Assembly (NCBI GenBank): GCA_040775045.1
Contig: JAXGTH010000004.1
Coordinates: forward strand, 1-50,435
Reading direction: 5' to 3'
From: Bacteroidales bacterium
Lineage (GTDB): Bacteria; Bacteroidota; Bacteroidia; Bacteroidales; B18-G4
DNA length: 50,435 nt
The notes below the pieces were generated by a model that saw only the letters and a list, made by a program, of their open reading frames with translations, was not told the DNA's origin and did not search any database. Shown piece after piece: positions 39,898-50,034 of the stretch. The position numbers and the translations under genes are program-made. Position 1 is the first letter of the stretch; each line of letters opens with the position of its first letter.

Positions 39898-42153
39898 ATG
39901 CCAGTAAAGAAGCGGATCAGGTTTAACTACATTGCCAGGTTATGGATCATTTACCTGGCCTTCCTCCTGGTTGTTTTCATGACCTTCTTCGGGATTTCCA
40001 GAGGATGGTTCGGTCACATGCCTTCCTTTGAGGAACTCGAGAATCCCGACCGCAACCTGGCTTCGGAGATCTATTCTTCGGACGGCTATCTGCTGGGCAC
40101 CTATTATATCGAAAACCGTTCCGACATCAACTTTAACGATTTGCCGCCACATCTGGTGCAGGCCCTGCTCGCCACTGAGGACATCAGGTTCAGGAAGCAT
40201 GCGGGGGTGGATATAAAAGCGCTGGGGCGTGTGACATACGGATTGATGACAGGCAATTACTCGGGAGGTGGGAGCACCCTGACGCAACAGCTGGCCAAGA
40301 ACCTTTTCCCCAGGGGGGAACTCACCAAATGGCAGCTTGTGGGACGTAAACTGAAGGAATGGGTTACCGCCATCAAACTCGAGAAAAACTACAGCAAGGA
40401 AGAGATCATGGCCATGTACCTCAACACCGTTTCGTTCGGCCATCATGCCTATGGCATCAAATCCGCTGCAAGGACATTCTTCAACAAATCGGTCGATTCC
40501 CTCAACCTGCAGGAGTCGGCATTACTGATCGGGGTGGTGAACGCCCCCACCTGGTACAGCCCTGTGAGAAACCCCGAACGGGCATTCGACAGGCGTAACC
40601 TGGTCCTCTCCCAGATGCTGAAATACGATTTCATCACCGATTCGGTCTACGACTCGGTCGCGAATATCCCCATCGACATGTCGCACTTCAACGTGCAGGA
40701 CCACACTTCGGGCATGGCACGTTATTTCAGGGAATACCTGCGGTCGGAGATGAAGGACTGGTGCGACAACCATTTTCGCCCCGACGGCACCCCGTACAAT
40801 CTTTACAAGGACGGGCTGCGAATATACACCACCATCGACTCGCGCATGCAGCGATATGCCGAGGAGGCCGTGGCCGAACACCTGGGCGAAGACCTGCAAC
40901 CGGCATTCTACAAACACTGGAAGGGTTATACCTGGGCACCTTTCGTGTTCGAGAAAGAAGTGATCAGGGATGAGGTGGAAAAGCTGATGGACCAGGCCAT
41001 GAGACGGTCCGAAAGGTACAGGAAGATGAGCAGTGCAGGCATCCCGGCCGACTCCATCGAGCTGGCCTTTAAAACACCGACGGAGATGACCGTCTTTTCA
41101 TGGGACGGCCCCATCGACACTGTGATGACCCCCATGGATTCGATCCATTATTACAAGTTCATCCTCCAGGCAGGCCTGCTGTCCATCGAGCCTGGTACCG
41201 GGGAGGTGAAAGCCTATGTGGGCGGCATCGATTACCTCTATTTCAAATACGACCATGCCACGCTGTCAAGAAGGCAGGTAGGTTCCACGTTCAAGCCATT
41301 CCTTTACACCCTCGCCATGCAGGAAGGTGAATTTTCACCATGTTACAGGGTTGCCAATATCCAATATACCGTCGACCTGCCCACTGGGGAAATCTGGGCA
41401 CCGAGGAATTCGTCCAGCAGCCGGGTAGGTGAAATGGTTACCCTGAAATGGGCCCTGGCCAACTCCAACAACTGGATATCGGCCTTCCTCATGAGAAGGT
41501 ACTCACCCCTGTCGGTGGTAAGGATGGCCAGGAATATGGGGGTCACCAGCAGCATCGACCCGGTGCCTTCACTGGCACTTGGTTCCTGCGACCTCAGCCT
41601 TTACGAAATGGTCGGGGCCATGAATACCTTCCCCAGCAAGGGCATGTATGTAAAGCCTGTCTTCATCACCCGCATCGAAGACAAGAACGGGAACGTGATC
41701 GAGTCGTTCATACCGGAACGGAAAGAGGCCATGAGCGAGGAAACGGCATTCCTGATGCTCGAATTGATGAAAGGTGTTGTGGAGTCGGGTACGGGTATCA
41801 GGTTAAAACTGAAATATGGGTTCAACAACCCGATCGCCGGCAAGACCGGGACCACCCAGAACCAGTCGGACGGATGGTTCATGGGCATCGTCCCCGAGCT
41901 GACCACCGGTGTATGGGTCGGCTGCGAAGACCGCAGTGCCCATTTCCGTACCATCACCCTCGGGCAGGGAGCCAATATGGCCCTGCCGATCTGGGCACTG
42001 TATATGCAAAAGGTTTACAATGACCCGAGCCTGAACTACTCGAAAGGTGATTTTGAGCCCCCGCTGAAAGAACTTTCGGTAGACCTCGACTGCAGCGAAT
42101 CTGACAAGGGTGAGGAAACGGAAAATATCGAGAGCAACGTCATCGAATTCTAA
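39898..42153 (+). CDS. Class A penicillin-binding protein (PBP1A family)
   Basis: ATED.RF..H.G, GGSTLTQQLAKN, SxxK (GSTFKP), SNN, GKTGT. Confidence 0.95.
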   Translation: MPVKKRIRFNYIARLWIIYLAFLLVVFMTFFGISRGWFGHMPSFEELENPDRNLASEIYSSDGYLLGTYYIENRSDINFNDLPPHLVQALLATEDIRFRKHAGVDIKALGRVTYGLMTGNYSGGGSTLTQQLAKNLFPRGELTKWQLVGRKLKEWVTAIKLEKNYSKEEIMAMYLNTVSFGHHAYGIKSAARTFFNKSVDSLNLQESALLIGVVNAPTWYSPVRNPERAFDRRNLVLSQMLKYDFITDSVYDSVANIPIDMSHFNVQDHTSGMARYFREYLRSEMKDWCDNHFRPDGTPYNLYKDGLRIYTTIDSRMQRYAEEAVAEHLGEDLQPAFYKHWKGYTWAPFVFEKEVIRDEVEKLMDQAMRRSERYRKMSSAGIPADSIELAFKTPTEMTVFSWDGPIDTVMTPMDSIHYYKFILQAGLLSIEPGTGEVKAYVGGIDYLYFKYDHATLSRRQVGSTFKPFLYTLAMQEGEFSPCYRVANIQYTVDLPTGEIWAPRNSSSSRVGEMVTLKWALANSNNWISAFLMRRYSPLSVVRMARNMGVTSSIDPVPSLALGSCDLSLYEMVGAMNTFPSKGMYVKPVFITRIEDKNGNVIESFIPERKEAMSEETAFLMLELMKGVVESGTGIRLKLKYGFNNPIAGKTGTTQNQSDGWFMGIVPELTTGVWVGCEDRSAHFRTITLGQGANMALPIWALYMQKVYNDPSLNYSKGDFEPPLKELSVDLDCSESDKGEETENIESNVIEF

Positions 42154-42174
42154 ACTGATCACGCAGCTTTGCCC

Positions 42175-43764
42175 ATGAAGAAGCCCTACCCCGAAAAAGT
42201 GATGCGATATTTCGGTAACCGTCTGTCAAAAACGGTTATATGGGTCAGCATGCTCATCGTTGGCGTGGTCAATTACAATTACGAGAACTGGACCGACGAT
42301 TACAAGATCATCGCATGGGATGTGAACTCCTATTATGCCTACCTCCCCATGGTCTTCATCCATCACGACATCGATCTCGATTTCGTTGATGAGGACCCGG
42401 CAACACACAAGGCTCATTTCTGGCCCGTTCCGACACCCACCGGGGGAAAAGCCATCCTGACCACCATGGGGTTATCTTTCCTTTACGCACCATTCTTTCT
42501 TGGTGGGCACCTCTATGCCCACCTCTTTGGCTACGAAACTTCGGGATTCTCCGCCCCATACCAGATCGCCCTGATCCTGAGCTGTTTATTTTACCTGACC
42601 ATTGGCCTTATTTTCCTGAGAAAGTTTCTGCGGCTTTATTTTTCGGAACCTGTCACTGCCCTGACCCTGCTTATCGTCGTGTTTGGCACCAATCTGCTGC
42701 ATTATGTCACCGATGAGCCCACCATGAGCCATGCATACAACTTTTCACTCATCTCCGTTTTTCTCTTCACGGTGACAAGATGGTACCGCAGCCCCCGTTT
42801 TGTGAACGCCGTCATTACGGGGGCACTGGCCGGACTCATCACACTCATCAGGCCTACGAACATTATTGTGATCCTTTTCCTGTTGCTTTATGGCATCACC
42901 TCTTTTACCGATCTCGGCAACAGGATCGTATTTTATTTCAGGCGATGGGGATTGCTGCTCGTCATGGTAACAGCGTTCATCATAGTATGGATACCCCAGT
43001 TCCTTTACTGGCATCATGTTTCGGGGAGCATCTTCCTGAACACTTACGGCACCGGCGGCGAAGGTTTCTTTTTCAACAATCCACAGGTCTGGCATCTTCT
43101 CTTCAGTTACCGCAAAGGATGGTTCGTTTATACCCCGGTCATGTTCGTTGCCATCCTGGGCTTTTATTTCCTCTACCGGAAAAACCGTGGTCTCTTCTGG
43201 CCCGTGCTGGTCTACCTGCTGGTGAACACCTATATCCTGGCCTCATGGTGGGCATGGTGGAACGGTGGCAGCTTCGGTCAACGTTCGTTCATCGATATGT
43301 ATGGCCTGATGGCCATCCCGCTGGCAGCGCTCCTGGCATGGGCCCTGCAGAAGAGGTTCTACACCTGGATCCCCATTGTCCTGGTCATCACCGCACTGCT
43401 CAGCCTCAACATCTTCCAGACCCTGCAATACCGCGAGAAGGCCCTTCACTTCGTGATGATGACCAAAAAATCGTACTGGGCTGTATTCCTCGACCGGACA
43501 CCGCCACAGCATTACTGGGACAACCTGGTGTATCCCGATTACGAAGCCGCCAGAAAAGGCGAGTATTATACCGAGACGGAAATACCCTACGGTCTTGAAA
43601 AACAACTGGGAATGAGAGGATACGAATATTTACGCTATCTTGAAGATTCCCTTTCCGAGGCCTGTTCTCATGGCAGTGATACCGTGACCAAAAACCTTAT
43701 CGAACAAAAAGCCCTGGAAGCATTCAGGGAAAAAGTGCATGACTACTACAACAAGGAAAAGTGA
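42175..43764 (+). CDS. Multi-pass membrane protein, probable GT-C glycosyltransferase
   Basis: First loop WDVNSYYAYL, many TMs, MSHAYNF, LIRPTN, GWFVYTP, GGSFGQR. Confidence 0.65.
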   Translation: MKKPYPEKVMRYFGNRLSKTVIWVSMLIVGVVNYNYENWTDDYKIIAWDVNSYYAYLPMVFIHHDIDLDFVDEDPATHKAHFWPVPTPTGGKAILTTMGLSFLYAPFFLGGHLYAHLFGYETSGFSAPYQIALILSCLFYLTIGLIFLRKFLRLYFSEPVTALTLLIVVFGTNLLHYVTDEPTMSHAYNFSLISVFLFTVTRWYRSPRFVNAVITGALAGLITLIRPTNIIVILFLLLYGITSFTDLGNRIVFYFRRWGLLLVMVTAFIIVWIPQFLYWHHVSGSIFLNTYGTGGEGFFFNNPQVWHLLFSYRKGWFVYTPVMFVAILGFYFLYRKNRGLFWPVLVYLLVNTYILASWWAWWNGGSFGQRSFIDMYGLMAIPLAALLAWALQKRFYTWIPIVLVITALLSLNIFQTLQYREKALHFVMMTKKSYWAVFLDRTPPQHYWDNLVYPDYEAARKGEYYTETEIPYGLEKQLGMRGYEYLRYLEDSLSEACSHGSDTVTKNLIEQKALEAFREKVHDYYNKEK

Positions 43765-43861
43765 TCATATCCTTCGGGCAACCCCTTCACTTGATAATCA
43801 CACACAACTTTGTATCTTTGCTGCTTATTTGTGAGCGAATCATTTATCTTTCCATATACTT

Positions 43862-44725
43862 ATGGCACAGGAAAAAAAAGTATCGGTGATCATCCCGGCC
43901 TACAACGAGGAAGGTGGCCTCGGCGGCACCCTCGAGCAGCTTGTGAAGGGAAAATACCACGAAAAATTCGAGATCATCGTGATCGACGACGGCTCGACCG
44001 ACCGGACCAGGGAGATCGCCGAATCCTATCCCGTGCGGGTGATCAGCCATACGGTGAACAAAGGTTACGGGGCCTCGCTCAAGACAGGCATCAGAAAGGC
44101 TGAAGGAGAGATGATCGTTTTCATGGACAGCGACGGACAACATAACCCGAAATACCTGGATAAGCTGGTGGAAATGCTTAAGGACCATGACATGGTGATC
44201 GGTTGCCGGTCGGCCGACTCATACCAGGTAAAGAACCGGAAGGCAGGCAAGAGGCTTATCCGTATTGTCGGAGAGTTCCTGGTTGAGCAGAAACTCCCCG
44301 ACTACAATTCGGGTTTCAGGGGGTTCTCGAAGGAACTTATCAGGGACATGCTCCATTTCATGCCCAACGGCTTTTCGTTTTCCACTACCTCCACCCTGGC
44401 CTTCATGAAGGAAGGGTACAACATCGGTACTTTCCCCATCGTGGTAGAGGAAAGGGTTGGCCGCCGAAGCAATGTCAGGTTCGTGAAGGACGGGACCAAG
44501 ACCCTGATGCTGCTGCTGCGCATCATCATGTTGTTCAATCCCCTGAAGATCTTCCTTCCGGCCAGCCTGATTGCCGGGGCCGCCGGGCTCACCTACGGGG
44601 TTTGGGGTTTTATCATCGCCGGCAGGTTTTCCAACGGGGCCATCATCCTCATCACCCTGGGCATGATCCTCTTTTTTATCGGCCTCATTGCCGACCAGAT
44701 TTCCCTGCTCACCCGAAAACACTAA
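43862..44725 (+). CDS. GT2 glycosyltransferase, DPM-synthase-like, with two C-terminal TMs
   Basis: [35 protein letters not shown]; TATCTTTG element at 43813-43820. Confidence 0.9.
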   Translation: MAQEKKVSVIIPAYNEEGGLGGTLEQLVKGKYHEKFEIIVIDDGSTDRTREIAESYPVRVISHTVNKGYGASLKTGIRKAEGEMIVFMDSDGQHNPKYLDKLVEMLKDHDMVIGCRSADSYQVKNRKAGKRLIRIVGEFLVEQKLPDYNSGFRGFSKELIRDMLHFMPNGFSFSTTSTLAFMKEGYNIGTFPIVVEERVGRRSNVRFVKDGTKTLMLLLRIIMLFNPLKIFLPASLIAGAAGLTYGVWGFIIAGRFSNGAIILITLGMILFFIGLIADQISLLTRKH

Positions 44726-44728
44726 ACC

Positions 44729-45463
44729 ATGAAGGAGTACCCGCCGGATTTCAGGAACAGGTGGCAGGACCGGGATGTTGAGGCACACTGGGACCGCGTG
44801 GCTTCCATTTACGTTGCCGAGAACGACAAGCTGAAAGCCACTCATGACCAGCGTTTTACCGAAAGCGTCAGTTACCTGATGCCGGAACCCGGAAACAGGA
44901 TCATCAACATCAGCAGCCGCGATTGCGAGGCCAACGATTACATCCTTAAGGGAGAAAAAACCGCAGAAGTTTACAATACCGAGATCTCCGGCGGTCTCAT
45001 GGCAGAGGCCGAGAAATACAGGCCATACGTGAAGCAGGTCAAGATCAGCACTTATTCTTCCCTGCCTTTCGAAGATGAGTTTTTCGACCGCGTGCTGACC
45101 CTCGAAACGCTGGAACACGTTGAACAGCCCCTGCAATTCCTTCTTGAGCTGCACCGGGTGGCAAAGCCGGGGGCCCGGATGGTGCTGAGTTGTCCGCCGG
45201 CCACCAGCGAGATCCCTTACCAGGTGTTCACCTTCCTCTTTGGCGGTCATGGAGAGGGCCCGCATAAGTTCCCTTCGTCAAAAACGGTGAAACGATGGCT
45301 GGAGAAGACCGGCTGGAAACTGCTGGAGCATAAAGGTACCCTGCTGGTACCGGTAGGGCCAAAATTTTTGAAAGCCTGGGGCGAAAGGCTTATTGGGGCC
45401 TGCCAGGGAACCATTATTTCGGAATTAGGGATAAGGCAATTCTTTGTCTGTGAGAAAGCCTGA
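44729..45463 (+). CDS. Class I SAM-dependent methyltransferase-fold protein with atypical motif I
   Basis: LPFEDEFFD.V..ETLEHV..ELHRVAKPG present; the glycine-rich loop is replaced by NISSRDCE. Confidence 0.7.
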   Translation: MKEYPPDFRNRWQDRDVEAHWDRVASIYVAENDKLKATHDQRFTESVSYLMPEPGNRIINISSRDCEANDYILKGEKTAEVYNTEISGGLMAEAEKYRPYVKQVKISTYSSLPFEDEFFDRVLTLETLEHVEQPLQFLLELHRVAKPGARMVLSCPPATSEIPYQVFTFLFGGHGEGPHKFPSSKTVKRWLEKTGWKLLEHKGTLLVPVGPKFLKAWGERLIGACQGTIISELGIRQFFVCEKA

Positions 45464-46772
45464 AAAAATACAGGATGTGGTCCGTGCCGGACTCTGCAAC
45501 CGTTGCGGTACCTGCGTGGGCCTGTCGGGTGGCAGGATCATTTTCAGCGACCGTACGGGTAAATACCTCCCTGAGGTGACCGATGATCCCGGCAATACGA
45601 TCAGCCGCCAACTGCTGCAGTACTGCAGCGGCAAGGGTTTCGACTTTAAGCAGCAATCAGCAAGGATTTACGGCATTGAAGCCCATCACAACGTGTTTAC
45701 GGGTACATATCGCAACATCTATATCGGCAATTGTAAGGATGAAGAAGTCAGGCGCCGCAGTGCCAGCGGCGGGATCATCTCGTCAGTACTGATCTGGTTG
45801 CTCGAAAAAGGGAAGATCGATGGTGCCGTGGTCCTCGGGATGTCGGAGAAAGAACCCTGGCTGACGAAGCCATTCATTGCAACCTCCAGGGAAGAGATCC
45901 TGGAAGCAGCCCAGAGCAAATATATCATCTCTTCGGTGAACGAGATCCTGCCTGAAATGGAAAAGTTCAATGGCAGACTGGCCTATGTCGGCCTGCCCGG
46001 ACAGGTGCAGTCGATCAGGCTCCTGCAGCAGGCCGGGCATCCGTCGGTAAAAAATATTGTTTATATCCTGGGGCCTTTCTACGGCAACACGCTGCACTTT
46101 TCCTCGGTCAGGAGTTTCCTTCGTTCCTATGGTGAAAAGGATTACAGGAAGATAAGGAAACTCCATTTCCGCTATGGCGAATGGCCCGGCAACATGCGGG
46201 TGGAAATGGAAGGGGGGCGCATCATCGAACTGCCGAAGTTCCATGCCAACTACCTCATCCCTTTCCATATTATGAAGAACAGCCTGTTGTGTACCGACCT
46301 GAGCAACGAATTCACTGATATTTCAGGGGGTGACGCATGGGCACCGGTTTATGAAGAGCGCGGAAAGGGTTTTTCGATGGTGCTGGCAAGATCTGAGAAA
46401 GGGCAATCCATCCTCGACGAGATGACCAGGGAGGGGATACTGGAGCTGGATCCCATCGATGAGAACGAAGCCATCGCCATGCATTCACATGGCTACGACC
46501 TGAAGAAAAGGGGCACTTTCATACGCATGAAATACCGCCACTGGCTGGGTAAGAAAAACCCCGACTATGGATACGTGATGAAAGGCTTTACCATTAAGCG
46601 ATACCTGATGGAGTTCGTCATCGATGCCCTTTTCATCCTGATGGGGACCAGGCTGGCAAGGTTTATCGTGGAAAGGATATCACCGCAAGTGGTGGGCAGG
46701 GTGTTCGAAAGGTCGAGAACCATATGGAAGCGCTCGACAAAAAAGATCAAAAAGTCGCAACTCAATGGATGA
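45450..46772 (+). CDS. FrhB/FdhB (F420 hydrogenase beta subunit) family protein with N-terminal ferredoxin-like motif
   Basis: CNRCGTC, SASGG, QSKY, VGLPGQ, YRxGxWPG-like FRYGEWPG, DISGGDAW. Start GTG 45450 or TTG 45444. Confidence 0.8.
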   Translation: MRKPEKIQDVVRAGLCNRCGTCVGLSGGRIIFSDRTGKYLPEVTDDPGNTISRQLLQYCSGKGFDFKQQSARIYGIEAHHNVFTGTYRNIYIGNCKDEEVRRRSASGGIISSVLIWLLEKGKIDGAVVLGMSEKEPWLTKPFIATSREEILEAAQSKYIISSVNEILPEMEKFNGRLAYVGLPGQVQSIRLLQQAGHPSVKNIVYILGPFYGNTLHFSSVRSFLRSYGEKDYRKIRKLHFRYGEWPGNMRVEMEGGRIIELPKFHANYLIPFHIMKNSLLCTDLSNEFTDISGGDAWAPVYEERGKGFSMVLARSEKGQSILDEMTREGILELDPIDENEAIAMHSHGYDLKKRGTFIRMKYRHWLGKKNPDYGYVMKGFTIKRYLMEFVIDALFILMGTRLARFIVERISPQVVGRVFERSRTIWKRSTKKIKKSQLNG

Positions 46773-47748
46773 GATGGCAACCGTAAGCACAGGGAGAGGA
46801 AGAAGGCCAGGGCGGAGGCTCAGCCCGTTCATGCTCATCAGGCTGCTGGGCATCGGCCTGTTCATTTTCATCCTCACCACCGTCGACCTGGGCGAACTCT
46901 GGAAGAACATCCGCCAGGTTAAAGTTGACTATTTCCTTTACGCCATGGCCTTTCAGCTGCTCCTGCTCCTGGCCAAGGCCCTGCGCTGGCACCTGATGAA
47001 CAATGGCAGCAGGTCGAAGGAACAGGTGGTCAGAAGTTTCGGTGAATTCCTCGAAAGCTATGCAGTCGGGGTGATCACACCCGGCAGGCTGGGCGAACTG
47101 ATGAAGGCCGGCCATGCCACCGGCAAAAAGAAAGTCCTGGAAACGGGCTTCCGTATCCTCATCGAAAGGGGCCTCGACATAGGTTTCTTCGTGATCATTG
47201 CAGGAGCAGCCTTCATGTTTGCCTATACCGGGATGATCACCGATGCGGCCGGCACCATCATCCTTGTTTCGGGAGGCCTGATCTTCCTGCTATCGATGGT
47301 GCTCATGAAGTCGAAGTCAGCCCTGAGAAGGACACAGAAAGCGCTGAACAGCATACCAGACCTGAAACTCGAGATGGAACTCAGTTTCCTCCATATCAGC
47401 AACCTGACCTATGTATCGGTGATCCTGCTCTCGGTGATCAGCAATTTCAGTGCCTTTATTTCATGTTATATGCTGGCCCTTGGACTGGATTTCGAGCTGT
47501 CGTTCCTGTTCATCTCGGGGGGTATCGCCATTGCCGGCCTGCTCAATATGCTGCCTGTCACCGTAATGGGCCTTGGAACGCGCGAAGGCACCTTCCTCCT
47601 GCTCTTCAAGCCCATGGCTGAACCGCTGATCATTGCATTCTCAGGCCTGGTGTTCCTGGTGGCCCAGTTGGGCGGGGGCCTGATGGCTTTGCTGTTAGGA
47701 CAGCTATTCCTTTACAACTCGCGCAGGGCAAAGCGGGGTAATTCATAA
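46765..47748 (+). CDS. Lysylphosphatidylglycerol-synthase TM domain (flippase-like, UPF0104) protein
   Basis: KALRW, TPGRLGEL.K, ERGLD, LP..GLGTRE. Confidence 0.85.
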   Translation: MDEMATVSTGRGRRPGRRLSPFMLIRLLGIGLFIFILTTVDLGELWKNIRQVKVDYFLYAMAFQLLLLLAKALRWHLMNNGSRSKEQVVRSFGEFLESYAVGVITPGRLGELMKAGHATGKKKVLETGFRILIERGLDIGFFVIIAGAAFMFAYTGMITDAAGTIILVSGGLIFLLSMVLMKSKSALRRTQKALNSIPDLKLEMELSFLHISNLTYVSVILLSVISNFSAFISCYMLALGLDFELSFLFISGGIAIAGLLNMLPVTVMGLGTREGTFLLLFKPMAEPLIIAFSGLVFLVAQLGGGLMALLLGQLFLYNSRRAKRGNS

Positions 47749-47781
47749 ATTTTTACCCGAGAGGGAAAAGTGCTACCCTGT

Positions 47782-49209
47782 TCATTCCCGGGCTTCTTCC
47801 TTAACGGTGCTGCGGATTTCCATAAACGCTTTGGCTACCAGCATGAAAGCAATTACGGGTAACAGCCAGATGATCCTGCCGCTGTAGCGGCCCGAAACCA
47901 CCGAAACTACCCCGAGGAAAGCGGAATTGACCACGTATAGTACGACAAAGAATATTAAAAAGGTGAGAATCTCCTTCGTCAGGTATTTCCGTGCTCTCTT
48001 GATCAGCAGAAAGGCAGCGATCACAGCCAGCGAAAGGAAAGTTATGATGCGCAGCATCACATTCTGCATGTCGTAGGTGATCCGGTAAGATTGCTGCCGT
48101 GCAGCCAGGTATTGGGTATGTTCGCGTGGAAAATATGTTTTGATGGGGTAATTGATGTGCGACTTCTCCCCGAAGGGCGTATTGGGTATAAGGTGAAACG
48201 TGATAAGTTGATTCCCAAATTCTGCGAAGGCATCGCGGATGAAGTGATTCCGGTATTTAGGGATACTAAGTACGTCATCGACCACGGTCCCGTATATGCT
48301 GTCCTTGGCCAGCCAGCAATCGGCAAAACCCTTGTACTGTTCGCAGCCATCGTAAAGGAAACTGGTATCATTCCACAGGAAATAGTGGTAGCGCGTATAT
48401 TTCGGGATCACATTCCTGTATTCACAGAGAAAGAATGAGGTGTCGGTTTCGCAACGCTCATTGACATAGTCCTCGAGGATGCCCATGGAGATCAGCCGCG
48501 CGGTATAAACCACGTTTGATACCCGCGAGTACTTGAATCCTACCCCGTATGAGGCATTTATGGAGGGTATGGATAACCAGGCGAGCAGGAGGATCAGCGC
48601 CACGGGGATGAGCCTCCGGGGATGGATCCTGATAAAATCAAAACGCCTGAAGAGATAGAAGAGGATCACCACCCCTGCCAGCGTGCCGGTGATGATGGGG
48701 ATGTTCGAGAAATGAACGATCGTGGCATAAAAGGCGATGGCGGCTATGAGGATGAACCAGTAAAAGGGAAGTTTCCTGCTCATCAGCAGGAAGGAGAAAC
48801 CTATAAACGAGATATTCACCCACATGTCGGGCATCAGGTAGCTGGCATACAGCGGCAGGCCCGTGAACAGGGAAAGGATGGCAGTGAGGATAAAGGTCAG
48901 GAAGAACGACATCTTTGGCCCGACAACCCTGTATATCACCATGTTCAGAAATGCGGTCATCACCAGGGACTGGAAGATCACGACCAGCCAGAGCGAATAG
49001 TACAGGCTGATGTGCCTCACAAGCCAGCAATAGGTTATGGGCCGGCTCACGGGGATCTGGTGATCGAGGAAACCGAAAAGGATATAGGAACCCGAATCAG
49101 GATGAAGGATGGGGTATCCGTTCTCCAGTGCAGGCTGCAGCAACAGCAGGGCCGAAAGGATGAACCACCATCCGTTGATGACGTTGACCCAGTATTTACT
49201 TTTTCCCAT
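47782..49209 (-). CDS. Multi-pass membrane protein, possible GT-C glycosyltransferase
   Basis: First loop NGYPILHPDSGSY..SRPITY, LMPD, large extracytoplasmic loop, terminal RY..R.W; directly downstream of a GT2. Confidence 0.55.
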   Translation of the reverse strand: MGKSKYWVNVINGWWFILSALLLLQPALENGYPILHPDSGSYILFGFLDHQIPVSRPITYCWLVRHISLYYSLWLVVIFQSLVMTAFLNMVIYRVVGPKMSFFLTFILTAILSLFTGLPLYASYLMPDMWVNISFIGFSFLLMSRKLPFYWFILIAAIAFYATIVHFSNIPIITGTLAGVVILFYLFRRFDFIRIHPRRLIPVALILLLAWLSIPSINASYGVGFKYSRVSNVVYTARLISMGILEDYVNERCETDTSFFLCEYRNVIPKYTRYHYFLWNDTSFLYDGCEQYKGFADCWLAKDSIYGTVVDDVLSIPKYRNHFIRDAFAEFGNQLITFHLIPNTPFGEKSHINYPIKTYFPREHTQYLAARQQSYRITYDMQNVMLRIITFLSLAVIAAFLLIKRARKYLTKEILTFLIFFVVLYVVNSAFLGVVSVVSGRYSGRIIWLLPVIAFMLVAKAFMEIRSTVKEEARE

Positions 49210-49230
49210 CGGCTTTGGATTAAACTGTTG

Positions 49231-49956
49231 CTATTTCAAATACCTTCTGCTGAAAATGTTGTATTTCAGGATACACCAGATGGCCCGGAAGCCGTCGCGG
49301 GCCCCGATCTTTTTCCCTTCCTCGTAGGTACGCCCGTAATACGAAATGCCCACCTCGTAGATCCTGATCCCCGGGAAGCGCGAGATCTTGGCTGTCACCT
49401 CCGGTTCGAAGCCAAAGCGCCTCTCCCTGAAATGGATCTTCTTCAGGTAATCGGCCCTGAAGAGCTTGTAACAGGTTTCCATATCGCTGAGGTTGAGGTT
49501 GGTGAACATATTGGAGAGGAAGGTAAGGAATTTATTGCCGATGGAATGCCAGAAGAACAGGATCCTGTGGGGGGTCCCTCCCATGAACCGCGAGCCGTAA
49601 ACCACATCGGCATGACCGGCAATGACCGGCTTGAGCAAAAGATTATATTCCTCAGGATCGTATTCCAGGTCGGCATCCTGTATGATGATATAATCTCCTT
49701 TCGCTTCCTCGATCCCACGATGGAGCGCAGCTCCCTTGCCCATGTTCACGGGCTGCTCGTAAAAGCTGATCTCGTGATCCCGGTGTGCTTCGATGTATTC
49801 TTTCACCACCTCCGCAGTGTTATCGGTCGAGCAGTCGTTCACGATGATGATCTCCTTCGCAAAACCCCCGTCGAGCCTGACATCCAACACCTTGTCGAGG
49901 ATCAGGTGGATGGTATTTTCTTCATTGTAGGCAGGGATGATGACGGAAAGTTTCAT
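49231..49956 (-). CDS. GT2 polyprenol-phosphate sugar synthase (DPM1-like)
   Basis: [58 protein letters not shown]; TACATTTG on minus at 49982-49989. Confidence 0.92.
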   Translation of the reverse strand: MKLSVIIPAYNEENTIHLILDKVLDVRLDGGFAKEIIIVNDCSTDNTAEVVKEYIEAHRDHEISFYEQPVNMGKGAALHRGIEEAKGDYIIIQDADLEYDPEEYNLLLKPVIAGHADVVYGSRFMGGTPHRILFFWHSIGNKFLTFLSNMFTNLNLSDMETCYKLFRADYLKKIHFRERRFGFEPEVTAKISRFPGIRIYEVGISYYGRTYEEGKKIGARDGFRAIWCILKYNIFSRRYLK

Positions 49957-50034
49957 GATCGTATTATTCGCTGGCAACGGTCAAATGTATGAAATTTTGG
50001 CTTTGGAGCGCTGAAATAAGGAAGGAGAATAGTA

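Noticed and set aside
45450-46772. F420-reducing hydrogenase
   Set aside because: No FrhA/FrhG or maturation genes, and the context is a glycosyltransferase operon.
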